This document shows, piece after piece, positions 9,340 through 19,906 of a DNA stretch of 64,000 bases. The notes below the pieces were generated by a model. That model was not told where the DNA came from and ran no database searches. It worked only from the letters and a program-made list of their open reading frames with translations. The stretch comes from an uncultured delta proteobacterium (lineage in GTDB: Bacteria > Desulfobacterota > Binatia > Binatales > Binataceae), in contig CAWCDG010000003.1 of the NCBI GenBank assembly GCA_963794325.1, positions 32,001 to 96,000 on the forward strand. Direction: 5' to 3'. The stretch's first letter is position 1; every line of letters begins with the position of its first letter. The translations under genes and the position numbers were made by a program.

Positions 9340-10487
9340 AAAAGAAACTTCGTGATATGCGTCCGGTTCATGTGGTCGGCGTCGGTCTGCATCGATATCA
9401 GCGCCTCAGCGAGACTCCATACGTGACGCTCGGTCTTACCGCGGTACGGGAGGCTCTTGCGGATGCTGCACTTGAATGGCGATCGGTCGAGTCGGCCTAC
9501 ACCGGCACGGCGCTAATCGGGATGGCGGCGTCGCGGCCGATGCTGCGTCACCTCGGCGCGACCGGAATTCCGATGGCCCAGGTTGAGAACGCGTCCGCTT
9601 CGGGATCGACGGCATTTCGCCAGGCGTGCATCGATGTCGCCAGCGGCCTGACTGATGTTTCGCTCGCGTTGGGAGTGGACAAACCGGGTCCCGTCGCGAT
9701 GGCGCCGGGTAAGACCCGGATGCGCGACCTGGTCGGTTCACGCGTGGTGCCGTTCACGCACTTCGCGCTGCTCACGCAGGAGTACATGACGCGCTTCGGC
9801 GTGAGCGCAGAACAAATCGCCCAGGTCGCCGTCAAGAACAACCGCAACGGCGCGAATAATCCGTACGCGCAGCGCCAAAAGGCTGTGACTCTGGAGGAGG
9901 TGATGGCCGGCCCGGCTATTTCTGGGTCGCTGACGCGCCTTCAATGCTGCCCCGTCGGCGAGGGCGCAGCCGCAGTGATCGTCGCCTCAGACGATGCGAT
10001 CGCGCAACTCGGAATCGATCGCAGTCGCGCGGTAAAAGTCATCGCGTCGGTCACAAGAACGGAGCAGGTCTACCGCGGAGCCAAGAATTTTGACGCGGAG
10101 CTGACCCGCGAAACGGTCCAGCAGGCGTTTGACGAGGCCGGCATAGGACCCGCTGACTTGGACCTCATCGAACTTCACGACGCGTTCACGATTGAAGAAC
10201 TGCTGTACCTGGAGGCAATGGGGTTGTGCGCGCCGGGCAAGGCCGCGGCCGCGATCGCCGCGGGCGAGTTCGATATAGGCGGCCGCTGCGCGGTAAGCGC
10301 GTCAGGAGGACTGCTCGCGATGGGCCATCCGATCGGACCGACAGGGGCCGGACAGATCGCCGAGATGACGCGCCAATTGCGTGGCGAAGCCGGCGTACGA
10401 CAACAGCCGAACGCGAAGACCGGACTTGCTCACATGGTGGGCGTCGGCGCCGTTTGCGTCGCTCATATTCTTGAGAAGGGCGGGTGA
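9336..10487 (+). CDS. SCP2-type thiolase-family protein with Cys replaced by Ser
   Basis: VENASASGS, NPYAQ, ELHDAF, SGGLLAMGHPIGPTG. Confidence 0.88.
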   Translation: MKKKLRDMRPVHVVGVGLHRYQRLSETPYVTLGLTAVREALADAALEWRSVESAYTGTALIGMAASRPMLRHLGATGIPMAQVENASASGSTAFRQACIDVASGLTDVSLALGVDKPGPVAMAPGKTRMRDLVGSRVVPFTHFALLTQEYMTRFGVSAEQIAQVAVKNNRNGANNPYAQRQKAVTLEEVMAGPAISGSLTRLQCCPVGEGAAAVIVASDDAIAQLGIDRSRAVKVIASVTRTEQVYRGAKNFDAELTRETVQQAFDEAGIGPADLDLIELHDAFTIEELLYLEAMGLCAPGKAAAAIAAGEFDIGGRCAVSASGGLLAMGHPIGPTGAGQIAEMTRQLRGEAGVRQQPNAKTGLAHMVGVGAVCVAHILEKGG

Positions 10488-10571
10488 ACAGCCTTCGAGA
10501 AGCGTTTCGGTGAAGAAAGGAGTTCGCATCTGACTGCGTCCTCCGCCTGTCCGTCGAGCGGCACCTGATCG

Positions 10572-11960
10572 TCAGGGCCGATAGTTTGCTAAAAACCGTA
10601 CTGCTCGAATTCCCGGAACAAAAAAGTAGCCGCCCCCTTTCATCACAACAAATTGCGGAAGTCGGCGAAGATGACGGTTGATCGGCTTTGCTTGAATTGT
10701 GAATTCTCCACTGTTGGAACTATCGCCGACCAGCGGATCCCTATCGTTATCCAGCCCATTGAAGGACGGATCGTTAATCCATTGTTGCTGAACGAATTCG
10801 TACTGACGCCGGAGGTCAGCATTGAGCACTATAAAATACAGGCCTTGCTCGTTTTTGGGATTGTCTTTGGCTGAGCCCTTGGTTGGCGATGAAAACTTTC
10901 GTCCTCGCCGGATCAGGCGATGGCGCCTGGATATCAGAATTGATCTCGATGGCGGCATATCCAGCGAATCGCGCGGATTGGCACGTCGAATATGTGAACC
11001 GATCGGACACACCGTGCCGTCGGGATCGGTCTCCATGAAAAGAAAATCGTTGCGAGGTTCCGAGCCGGGCGCATCGGGCGATAACACCAGCGGAGCGCCG
11101 CTTCGCCATCGGCCAACTATTTTCGCGGCATTGAGCTCGCGCTGCTCCCGGGTAGCGGCGCTGTTGTCGATGTAGTTCCGGAATTCGTCAACCTTCTGAA
11201 TCAATTTCCGAAAAACCAGGTAAGTGCCGTTCAGTCCAAACGCACGTTTGCCGGGTCTCGAAGGATGATCGGCTAAATCGCCCAACGGATCAGCCCAACT
11301 CGCGATACTTGGAATTTGAGTCAGATGATTCAGCTCGTTCTCATAGCCGAGTACGAACTCTCCGGTACTTATCGGAGATTCGGCTTGTTTCCGTCGCCCC
11401 AGGAGTCCTTGCACGAGAGGCTGCGAAATTCCATCGCGGTAGCCGAAAGGTTCGGTTTCGTCGCCGGGCGGGATGACAGAATCCTGCTCCGCGATCACGC
11501 TCAGTCCTTGGCTAAATTGAGGAGAGCCAGTGACTTGGCCGTGCAACGATTGCAGATACTGATTAGTTGAAGCGTAAAGCATGAGTAGCACGTGCAGGGC
11601 AGGTTGCTTCTGCCGGCCGTACTCCCATTCATCTTCATTTTTATCGCCCAATACCAAGTCAGCGTCACTTCCGTTCATTCCCCTTTCGAACTCATGCGAG
11701 AAGTCTTGGAGATCGGGAACCAATGTTTTGAGTCCCGTCGAACCAAACGCGAGATTGACGCAGACCCCGGCCTTGTTATCGCCCGGATGCCGCGCGTTCG
11801 TGATTCGAGAAACAATGCCGGCTAGCCACTGTCTCGTCGCGTCGGGATCTCTGATCTCGAGAAGCACGAAACGGGAATAGTCCAGGTGGTCATATCCGCT
11901 GGCTACGATTCCCTGGATATCTTCGCGGTTCACCACTCTCGGGGTCGTTACTATGTTCAT
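10572..11960 (-). CDS. DyP-type heme peroxidase
   Basis: DIQG, EPFGYRDGISQP, CPIGSHIRRANPRD, HRLIRRG, GGGYFFVPG. Confidence 0.9.
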   Translation of the reverse strand: MNIVTTPRVVNREDIQGIVASGYDHLDYSRFVLLEIRDPDATRQWLAGIVSRITNARHPGDNKAGVCVNLAFGSTGLKTLVPDLQDFSHEFERGMNGSDADLVLGDKNEDEWEYGRQKQPALHVLLMLYASTNQYLQSLHGQVTGSPQFSQGLSVIAEQDSVIPPGDETEPFGYRDGISQPLVQGLLGRRKQAESPISTGEFVLGYENELNHLTQIPSIASWADPLGDLADHPSRPGKRAFGLNGTYLVFRKLIQKVDEFRNYIDNSAATREQRELNAAKIVGRWRSGAPLVLSPDAPGSEPRNDFLFMETDPDGTVCPIGSHIRRANPRDSLDMPPSRSILISRRHRLIRRGRKFSSPTKGSAKDNPKNEQGLYFIVLNADLRRQYEFVQQQWINDPSFNGLDNDRDPLVGDSSNSGEFTIQAKPINRHLRRLPQFVVMKGGGYFFVPGIRAVRFLANYRP

Positions 11961-11962
11961 AG

Positions 11963-13465
11963 CTATACCAAGGCCAATAGACTGCGAACTCGCCGGCGGA
12001 TTGGGCCTATAGCCATTTCGTCGAGGAGTCTGTCGCGAAACTCCACGTACCGCAGCAGATTAACTAAAGAGAAGTTGCGGTAGGCGGAGTAAAATACCGG
12101 CGCGGGCGCATAGTGCTCGGCTGCCTGCGTCTCAAAGCCTTCCAGATCATGGGCGCCGTCCAAGGTGATAAACTTTGTTTCCGGGAAACCGATCGTGTTG
12201 CCCCATACCAGGTTGACACCCCACGCTTCGTCTGAGAAATCGCTCAGATAAGAGGACCAGCTGCCATCATAGTTTGAAAAAAAGATTAGCTGTTGGTCGA
12301 TCAGCGTCCAGCGCGCGAAATGGATCGTACTCATCTGATCCAGTTTGCCAAGTATGAAAAAGTATTTGAACAGTACAGGTCCGAGCCATAGCGCGCGTCT
12401 AAGCACATACATTCTGAACCAGCCGGGCTTGACGGTTGCATAGGTACATATATGGTTCTGACGGCCCAGATCCAGAAGCCTGTATACCGGCGAATGCCAG
12501 GTTGGATCGAACAGTCCCGGACTCCGTTCCTCCCCATCCTCAAAATATCGCCCAGCAAGATTAATCACGATCCAACGACCGAAGTAGAGTAGTGGTAAGA
12601 GACACAGCAACGTCAGGCCCGCGACCATACCTATCTCGAACAAACTGGTGAGCCCTTTCCACCAACAGTACAAAGGACTCAAGACGATTGGGAACGCGAG
12701 ACACAGCAGTGTCAGGACCGCCATATTCATACCGAGTAGATGCCTGAGCCCGTTCTGCGTGACCGGAAATCGAATAGGCTTCTCCGGCGCCTTCGTTTTG
12801 AAATGCTCGATAAGACTGGATGCCAGCTTTTTCGGGTCGCTGCTCTTGTTCGATGGGTTATCGATGAAGTCCTTTGCTTCATCGTAAACGGCTATCGCGT
12901 TTCTTATATCCTTGAGCGATCGACCCGGTAACGCGACGTAGTAAGCGTAGGTATCTATTGAGGAATGCGGTCCGTTCCGATACTTGGCGAGCAAAAAAGC
13001 TTCGACCGACGGCGCGTCAGATCCTTTAGGCGGATAACCTGGAAAGTAGCTATAAACCTCATCGAGTTCCTGTCGGCAGTTGGCGACCAGGTCTTTGAGA
13101 TGATCCTCGAGGTTTCCGTCGTAGTTCGTTTCGAACGCAAGCTTCGCTGGTCCAGCAGGCTGTTTCGGATCAGGATTGTTAATTCCAGGGAGGATCATCC
13201 ACGCGGCGTAATGCACAGTCGCGGTGTTGTTAAACGAGACGTTTTGATTTCCATTGAGTCTGGTACGAATGTCTTCCAGCGTCTGAGATAGAGCGTCCTT
13301 CTTAGCTGGTTCGATATCCGTCAAAATCAGCATCCCGCTCTGCTGCACATAACCCGGTCGAAGACCGAGAAAGGATAGCTTGGACGCAAGAATATCGCCG
13401 GGACGTCGAAGAACGAGGGAGACAAGGAAACTGCCGACCTGACCTATACGATCGCGAAGAGTCAT
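11963..13465 (-). CDS. DyP-associated hypothetical membrane protein with internal duplication
   Basis: Two similar motifs, VHYAAW..FETNYDG and IHFARW..FFSNYDG, separated by two hydrophobic helices; stop lies 2 nt upstream of the dyp start. Confidence 0.75.
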   Translation of the reverse strand: MTLRDRIGQVGSFLVSLVLRRPGDILASKLSFLGLRPGYVQQSGMLILTDIEPAKKDALSQTLEDIRTRLNGNQNVSFNNTATVHYAAWMILPGINNPDPKQPAGPAKLAFETNYDGNLEDHLKDLVANCRQELDEVYSYFPGYPPKGSDAPSVEAFLLAKYRNGPHSSIDTYAYYVALPGRSLKDIRNAIAVYDEAKDFIDNPSNKSSDPKKLASSLIEHFKTKAPEKPIRFPVTQNGLRHLLGMNMAVLTLLCLAFPIVLSPLYCWWKGLTSLFEIGMVAGLTLLCLLPLLYFGRWIVINLAGRYFEDGEERSPGLFDPTWHSPVYRLLDLGRQNHICTYATVKPGWFRMYVLRRALWLGPVLFKYFFILGKLDQMSTIHFARWTLIDQQLIFFSNYDGSWSSYLSDFSDEAWGVNLVWGNTIGFPETKFITLDGAHDLEGFETQAAEHYAPAPVFYSAYRNFSLVNLLRYVEFRDRLLDEMAIGPIRRRVRSLLALV

Positions 13466-13484
13466 GGATCAGTTCCCCTGATTT

Positions 13485-13973
13485 CTAGCGAACGTCATAC
13501 ACCACTGAGTGTTGAGACGCCTTATACGCTCCTAAGACAATGAGCACACCGGGAAGAAATGACGTTGCGCCGCTCACTCCCACCAATACTATGTTTAGCC
13601 AGTTGAGAGGGAATGGTATGGCCATCGTCTGATGCCATTGATTCAGTGTCGCGTCGGGAGGATGGTGTGCGAAACCAGCAAAGAGCACTGCAAGCGCTGC
13701 GATGAATGTGTAACCGCTAATGACAAACGACCAGACAAGCCATGACACTCCCCTTGCGGTCAACTCCAGCAGAGGCAAAGCCATGCTCGCAGCTAGCATG
13801 AATATTCCGGTGACCAATAGGATGGCGTGCCCCTGCCTCAAATACTGGCGAACGGGATCGTTCAGGAAATGGAAAAAAGCTCTCGGAAGTCCAGGATAAG
13901 CGGCAAACATTGTGGAAATCAGTACGAAGACTCCGCCATGAAAAATCAGGCGAATCTGGCTGCGGCGTATCAT
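13485..13973 (-). CDS. Four-TM membrane protein resembling styrene-oxide isomerase StyC
   Basis: 162 aa; HG in TM1, RQGH followed by G..M.A..LP.L and VISGY, a pattern similar to StyC. Confidence 0.55.
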   Translation of the reverse strand: MIRRSQIRLIFHGGVFVLISTMFAAYPGLPRAFFHFLNDPVRQYLRQGHAILLVTGIFMLAASMALPLLELTARGVSWLVWSFVISGYTFIAALAVLFAGFAHHPPDATLNQWHQTMAIPFPLNWLNIVLVGVSGATSFLPGVLIVLGAYKASQHSVVYDVR

Positions 13974-14062
13974 CCCCTTTCCCTCCCTTTGAAAAAGACT
14001 GATTGCTAGGCGCGGCGCCAGCTACGGCCGGGCTATGTAAGTGGCAATTCTGTCGAACTACA

Positions 14063-17000
14063 CTAGCTCAAATCCGTGACAAGCTGCCTGGCATCTACGA
14101 TGTCGCGCGTATCGAGTCCCTCGGTGACGCTCTTAAGAAGAGGTTCGACAATTCCCTTCGCTTCGATAGCCTTTCCGCGCGCCAGAAGCAACCTTCCCAA
14201 GCTGGTAGCTGAGCGAATCGCATAAGGTTTCGCTCCGATGTCTATAGCCAGAGAAAGTGCAGTTCGGAAACTCTTCTCAGCCTCGTCCAGCGATGATTTG
14301 TCCAGCCGCAGGATTTGGACGATTCCCTCAGGACCGGCGTTTTTGAGAAGCAGTTCTCCTCTCAACCACCAAAGGTAGGAGAAATTCATAGGTTCCTGCA
14401 GCGCCAGATTGAGCCCTTGCTCTACTGTGGCGATCGCCTCTTCAGGTAATCCAGCGCATAAGAGCGCCTCCGCCAGAAAACCCAGGTAGGTTGCCATTCC
14501 GAGGCGATTGTCCGCCGCTTTAAAGCTCTCGATCGCTGCGCGCAAGCACGCCACGCCTTCTGCACCGCGTTCTTGTTTGGCGATCGCCCAGCCATACACA
14601 ATGCGGCTCGCGTCAAGGTAAAGCTGAATTGAATACTCGGTGGACCATTTGATCGATTTCTCGGAAAATTCCAGCGCTGGTCCTGGGTCCCGCATTAAGG
14701 CATGCAGGTACGCCGCATAGAAGCCGCAGCGTGCGAGCCCGAACGGCTTCTGAAGCCGGTCGCTAAGACTGAGCGCCTCCCGCATCCGACGGCGTGCGGT
14801 GTCGGCCATGCCGAGTTGCCACGCAGTCAGAGCCATGTATTCCAGCACCAGTATGCCGGGATCGTGCGGGTTCTTGCTGTGTTCTTCCTCCTGGTATTCC
14901 GAGTGCGCCTGACCAAGGAGATCCCAGGCTGACTCGAATTGCCCTCGATGGTACTGAACGACACCTGCAATATGATGACCCCAGATTTGTGTCTTCGACT
15001 TGCCGTGACGCTGGCTGGCCGCCAACGCCTGGTCGGCGATGGCCTTGGCGGCGTCAAGCTCTCCGCGCAGCAGGGGCGGCGTGACAAGTCCTGTGAGAGC
15101 GAGAACTACTTGCGTCGGATCGCCGAGCCTTTCGCCCAGATCGGACGCGCGCCGATATGCCGCGGCGGTCCTGGCATCGGCGTAACCCCGCGTCGCCATC
15201 AAGACCGCACCTACACTGAGCTGCAAGCCGAGTTCGAGTTGGTCTCGCTCGCGTGTATCCGCCATCCTTTTGAGTACCTGCAACGCGTCGCGATAGAGAT
15301 CTCCAGTTTCGGTCAGCGCACCTTGCAAGCGAGCCCGTCTGGCGGCCATCGACAAGAGTCGAACTGTTTTCGCACTGTCTGCGACCACACCAGCCTGATG
15401 CAGGTGATGCGCAAGATCGTTGACCCGCTCCTCCAGCGCGCCGGGGTAAACTCGCTCGATCGCTTCGGCGATCTGAAGATGCGATCGCTGACGCCGCGGC
15501 GCAGACATATCCGCGAGCACCGCTTTGCGGATAAGTTCGTGAGAGAACTGGAATCGCGCTTCAGGGAACTGCAGGGTCGAGGAAATCAGACCAGCCTTTT
15601 CTACTTCTTCGACCCGGTCGAGCAGTAGGTCCGGATCCACACCGGTTGCGGCTTCCAGCAGATCGAAGGTGAACGATCGTCCGATCACCGCCGCCGTACC
15701 GAGAATTTTCTGAGTCTCGCCGCCGAGGCGCGCCAGCCGCCGGCCGATTGCCAGCCTTAAACTATGCGGCACATCGACGTCCGCGAGTTTCAGATCGCGA
15801 AGGAACTCGCCGTTGGAATCCGTGAGTTGATCTCGCTCCGCCAGATGGCGATACAACTCTTCAACGAAAAACGGATTGCCCTCCGTGTTGGAGTGGATGA
15901 GGGTCACCAGGGCGGGCGGCGGCTCATGCCCGCTAAGAGCCTGAATCATCTCGGCGACCGCGTCCCTCGGAAGCCCGCGCAAACCGATGCGCTCGGAGAG
16001 GTGGAGGCGAGTCAGTTGGTCGAGTGTTTGCGCCAACGGTCCACCACCCTCAACTTCGTCGTCGCGATAGGTGCCGACGATTACAACCGGCATCTCGCCG
16101 AGTGACCGCGACACGTGGTTCAGCAGCGATAAGGTCCCTTCGTCAGCCCACTGCAGATCCTCCAGAAGCAGAAATACCGGACGCTCGCTTGCGTTACGGG
16201 CCAGGAATTCCCGGAATGCGTTGAACAAGAGCCGCCGCGATTCGCGCGACTGATCTGGTGGAAGCTCCAGGGGCTTGGGGATATCCGGGAACATCCGGCG
16301 GAGCTGGGGCACGAGCCGCGCCAACTCGGCGGCATCATGTCCGAGCGCCGCACGAAACGAGACCGGGCTGGCCGCCTGCGCCAGAGTCTCCAGAATTTCG
16401 ACGAATGGACAGAACGGGACCGAATCCTCTCTGTCGTAACAGCCACCGGCAAGCGTCAAGAAACCTCGCTGCGCAGCTTCTGCGCCGAACTCTTTCGCGA
16501 TGCGAGTCTTGCCCACACCGGGCTGGCCGCCGATCATCAACGCGCGCCCCTGTCCGCGTCGAATACCCTCAAGAGAGCGGCGCATCGCCGCGCGCTCCTC
16601 TTCTCTGCCTACGAACCTGGTTTGATCCTCAAGCTCGCGCAGGAAATCCGTTTCGCTGCGGAGGAGTAGAGGCGCCGTCATCTCATCCGCTTCAACCGTG
16701 TTTTTGATGCCTTCGAGTGAGAATTGCCAGCTGATTGGAGCGTGCGGGTCTGTGATGTAACAGCAGAACAGTCCGGTCCGGACGCTCCGATCGAGCATGG
16801 CTCCGAGCTCGGTTTGCTGTTCGGAGATTTTCTGCAGCGCAGTCTTGATAGCACGAGTGACGTTGAGCCGCGCGCGCTCCGCGGCCGAGCCCGCGCGCCG
16901 GTCGCGCCCACCCATTCCGACCGCGCGTGCCATCTCGCGGTTGAGAAAATCGATTTCAGACTCGATCCGTTCGGCGCGCGCGAGGTCGCCGCGCTCGTGC

Positions 17001-17398
17001 TGGTCTTCGAGTTCCTCGTTAAGTTCGCGCAGCTTGCGTTTGTATGCCTGCTTCGCTTGCGCGTCGAGCATCGGGCCGGAATCGCCGAGTCCGCCTACGC
17101 TGTGGGCACCCTCAATTCGTAGTGAAGTCCCATGATCGATCTGACTGTGGCTCATCGATTCTCGATCGTTCATCAGATCGAGTGAATGGAATTCCTCGCC
17201 CGGGTGCTGCAGCAAGCGCTGGATATAACTGAGACCCTTAACGTCCCTGAGCGAGAAGGTCGTGTCCCTGTAGCCGAGGGTCCAAAAGTCACCGCACGAA
17301 ACAAAAGTGCCAGTCGCCGCCGCTGCAATTCCGGGAGATTCCACTCCCCGTACACGGTCCTCTGACTCTCTCTCAATCGTCGCCAAAGAAACCCCCAA
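14063..17398 (-). CDS. AAA/STAND-like ATPase with TPR and an N-terminal putative DNA-binding domain
   Basis: FVGRE, GQPGVGKT, LEDLQWAD, GNPFF, helical C-terminus; start codon uncertain. Confidence 0.85.
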   Translation of the reverse strand: MGVSLATIERESEDRVRGVESPGIAAAATGTFVSCGDFWTLGYRDTTFSLRDVKGLSYIQRLLQHPGEEFHSLDLMNDRESMSHSQIDHGTSLRIEGAHSVGGLGDSGPMLDAQAKQAYKRKLRELNEELEDQHERGDLARAERIESEIDFLNREMARAVGMGGRDRRAGSAAERARLNVTRAIKTALQKISEQQTELGAMLDRSVRTGLFCCYITDPHAPISWQFSLEGIKNTVEADEMTAPLLLRSETDFLRELEDQTRFVGREEERAAMRRSLEGIRRGQGRALMIGGQPGVGKTRIAKEFGAEAAQRGFLTLAGGCYDREDSVPFCPFVEILETLAQAASPVSFRAALGHDAAELARLVPQLRRMFPDIPKPLELPPDQSRESRRLLFNAFREFLARNASERPVFLLLEDLQWADEGTLSLLNHVSRSLGEMPVVIVGTYRDDEVEGGGPLAQTLDQLTRLHLSERIGLRGLPRDAVAEMIQALSGHEPPPALVTLIHSNTEGNPFFVEELYRHLAERDQLTDSNGEFLRDLKLADVDVPHSLRLAIGRRLARLGGETQKILGTAAVIGRSFTFDLLEAATGVDPDLLLDRVEEVEKAGLISSTLQFPEARFQFSHELIRKAVLADMSAPRRQRSHLQIAEAIERVYPGALEERVNDLAHHLHQAGVVADSAKTVRLLSMAARRARLQGALTETGDLYRDALQVLKRMADTRERDQLELGLQLSVGAVLMATRGYADARTAAAYRRASDLGERLGDPTQVVLALTGLVTPPLLRGELDAAKAIADQALAASQRHGKSKTQIWGHHIAGVVQYHRGQFESAWDLLGQAHSEYQEEEHSKNPHDPGILVLEYMALTAWQLGMADTARRRMREALSLSDRLQKPFGLARCGFYAAYLHALMRDPGPALEFSEKSIKWSTEYSIQLYLDASRIVYGWAIAKQERGAEGVACLRAAIESFKAADNRLGMATYLGFLAEALLCAGLPEEAIATVEQGLNLALQEPMNFSYLWWLRGELLLKNAGPEGIVQILRLDKSSLDEAEKSFRTALSLAIDIGAKPYAIRSATSLGRLLLARGKAIEAKGIVEPLLKSVTEGLDTRDIVDARQLVTDLS

Positions 17399-17712
17399 AA
17401 GAAAAGCAACGCGCCGCAGGTTTCGGCTGCGGTTCCGTTCCTTCGATCCGCGTCCAATCGCTCAGCCATTTCGAGATTGCGTTTGTGACCCGAAGGTAGC
17501 ACTCAGACAAACTAGTGTAAATCCACTGGAACTCGATTGAACTCGTTTGAGCTGACCTGCGCTTAGTCATCGCCGAGGGTCCGTATGAGCCACTGTCGCG
17601 ACACTGGGAGCTACGTGCGAGCTGTTAGCCACCCGTCCCACGGGATCGCACTAGTTCGCACAACATCAACCTGATCGGCAGCGGGTAGGTAATGGACCCA
17701 CATCGATGACGA

Positions 17713-17744
17713 AGCCGCCGGAGGATATGATCGCTCCGGCGGCT
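17713..17744 (-). terminator. Hairpin downstream of dps
   Basis: AGCCGCCGGAG / CTCCGGCGGCT, 11-bp perfect stem. Confidence 0.55.
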
Positions 17745-17774
17745 CAGTTCTACAAAGCTTCGGTCTGGATACGA

Positions 17775-18284
17775 CTAGCGCTCGGCAACAGTCTCTGACA
17801 GGAACCAGGTGCGGCGCTCGGTCTCGTCGATCCAGTTCTCGATAAGGCTGGCGGTGGCGACGTCGTCGAACTGCTCGCAAATTTTATGGGTGGATCGTAG
17901 CTCCCGGGTCAGCTGCTGATTGTCATCACGCAGCTCGACGAGCATGTCGTGCGGCTGGACGAATTCGGCATTGTTGTCTTTCAGACGTTGATGCTCTGCG
18001 ATGTCCTTGATCGAGTGCAGAGTCGTTGCGCCGATTTTGCGCGCGCGCTCCGCGATATCGTCGGTCATTGCGAAGATTTGTTCCGCCTGTTCATCGAGCA
18101 GCAGATGGTAGTCGCGGAAATGCTTCCCGCTAATGTGCCAGTGGAAGTTCTTGGTCTTCACGTAAAGCGTGAACACGTCGGCAAGTAATTTGCGCAGCGC
18201 TCCCGATATTTCAACCACCGCATCACCGGTCAGGTCGCTTGGTGTTTCCCAAAGAGTCTTGGTTCGAGCTGCAGAGCTTTTCAT
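17775..18284 (-). CDS. dps: DNA starvation/stationary-phase protection protein Dps
   Basis: KTKNFHWH, HLLLDEQ, DDIAERAR, ERRTWFL; start set at MKSS. Confidence 0.93.
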   Translation of the reverse strand: MKSSAARTKTLWETPSDLTGDAVVEISGALRKLLADVFTLYVKTKNFHWHISGKHFRDYHLLLDEQAEQIFAMTDDIAERARKIGATTLHSIKDIAEHQRLKDNNAEFVQPHDMLVELRDDNQQLTRELRSTHKICEQFDDVATASLIENWIDETERRTWFLSETVAER

Positions 18285-18321
18285 TTTCTTTTCCTCGATT
18301 GATTGTTTCTCTTGAGACTGC

Positions 18322-19788
18322 TCATCGTGCCATCCGGTGCTTTGCCACCGCCTTTGCAACCTGATTGCCATACTGAGGATCAGCCTTGCGGAAATGCCCG
18401 ATCGAGCGTTCGATAATGTCCTCGCGGCTGACTTGCCCGAGGCTCGCCGCAATGTTCGCGACCAGTCTCCGCTGCTCCTCTTCGTTCATCAGCCGATAAA
18501 GATCTCCGGCCTGAACGAAGTCGTTGTCATCGCGATGATGCACCGGTGCATGATTTCCGGTGAGCCCCTCGACTTCGATTGGCGCCCACACCGGCTCGCC
18601 GGTCTGTTTGGGACCTCCGAAGCTGTTGGGCTCGTAGTTTTTCTCGCGCCCATGATTGCCATCCGCGCGCATAGAGCCGTCACGGCTGTAATTGTTCACG
18701 TGAGCTGCATGCGGCTCGTTGATCGGCAGATGCATGTGATTTGCGCCGAGGCGGTAGCGATGCGTATCGCCGTAGCTGAACAGGCGGCCTTGCAACATCT
18801 TGTCGGGGGAGGGACCGATGCCCGGCACGAAGTGCGCGGGATTGAAGGCCGCCTGTTCAACTTCGGCGAAATAGTTTTCCGGATTGCGATTTAACACGAT
18901 TCTGCCGACCGTAGTCAGCGGGTAGTCGCGATGCGACCAGACCTTGGTCACATCAAACGGATTGAAGCGGTACTTTGCCGCGTCGGCCGCCGGCATGACC
19001 TGCATCTTTAGCGTCCACGACGGATACTCGGCGCGATCGATCGCGCGCAGCAGATCGCGCTGATGATAGTCGGCGTCGTGGCCCGCGATGCGCGCCGCAT
19101 CGGCGGCGACGAGATTCCTGATCCCCTGGTCGGTCTTGAAGTGATACTTCACCCAGAACACTTCGCCTCGCACATTGACCCACTGAAAAGTATGCGAGCC
19201 GAAGCCGTCCATCGCGCGAAAGCTGGCGGGAATGCCCCTGTCGCTGAACAGAATCGTGAACTGATGCGTCGCTTCGGGACTAAGCGAGAAGAAATCCCAC
19301 ACGTTGTCAGGTTCCTGGATGTTGGTGTATGCGTCGCGCTTCTGCGAATGGATGAAGTCGGGAAACTTCAGCGGATCGCGGATAAAGAACACCGGCGTAT
19401 TGTTGCCGACCAGGTCGTAGTTGCCATCCTCGGTGTAAAACTTGATCGCGAATCCACGCGGGTCGCGCACCGTGTCGGCCGAGCCCTTCTCGCCGGCGAC
19501 GGTTGAGAAGCGCATGAAAACGTCGGTTCGCTTTCCGACCGGCGTTAGAAATTTGGCTTTCGTCCACTGCGTCACGTTGGCCAGTACTTCGAAGTATCCG
19601 TATGCGCCCGAACCTTTGGCGTGCACCACGCGCTCGGGAATTCGCTCGCGGTCGAAATGCGCGAGTTTCTCGATCAGGTGATGGTCCTCGACAAGGACCG
19701 GCCCGGCCGAACCCGCAGTCCGCGAGTTCTGATTATCGGCAACGGGCGCCCCATTATCGGTTGTCAGTGTCTTTCTGGAATCCATCAC
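18322..19788 (-). CDS. katA: Monofunctional small-subunit heme catalase
   Basis: [30 protein letters not shown]. Confidence 0.95.
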   Translation of the reverse strand: MMDSRKTLTTDNGAPVADNQNSRTAGSAGPVLVEDHHLIEKLAHFDRERIPERVVHAKGSGAYGYFEVLANVTQWTKAKFLTPVGKRTDVFMRFSTVAGEKGSADTVRDPRGFAIKFYTEDGNYDLVGNNTPVFFIRDPLKFPDFIHSQKRDAYTNIQEPDNVWDFFSLSPEATHQFTILFSDRGIPASFRAMDGFGSHTFQWVNVRGEVFWVKYHFKTDQGIRNLVAADAARIAGHDADYHQRDLLRAIDRAEYPSWTLKMQVMPAADAAKYRFNPFDVTKVWSHRDYPLTTVGRIVLNRNPENYFAEVEQAAFNPAHFVPGIGPSPDKMLQGRLFSYGDTHRYRLGANHMHLPINEPHAAHVNNYSRDGSMRADGNHGREKNYEPNSFGGPKQTGEPVWAPIEVEGLTGNHAPVHHRDDNDFVQAGDLYRLMNEEEQRRLVANIAASLGQVSREDIIERSIGHFRKADPQYGNQVAKAVAKHRMAR

Positions 19789-19842
19789 TCTCTCCGCTCA
19801 ATTTGCGGCAATCCATAACGCGTGAAATCGCGCCGCACAAAG

Positions 19843-19889
19843 TCCGGGAGGTGGCGGGAGGCCCGAACCTTCTCCGCCGGCTCCCTGGG
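19843..19889 (-). terminator. Imperfect hairpin after the small secreted gene
   Basis: CCGGGAGGTGGCGGGAGG...CTTCTCCGCCGGCTCCCTGG. Confidence 0.4.
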
Positions 19890-19906
19890 GTTCGTCCTTT
19901 TGCCAG

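Noticed and set aside
18285-18452. Extended Dps N-terminus
   Set aside because: It overlaps the catalase 3' end; the start at 18284 gives a normal Dps length.
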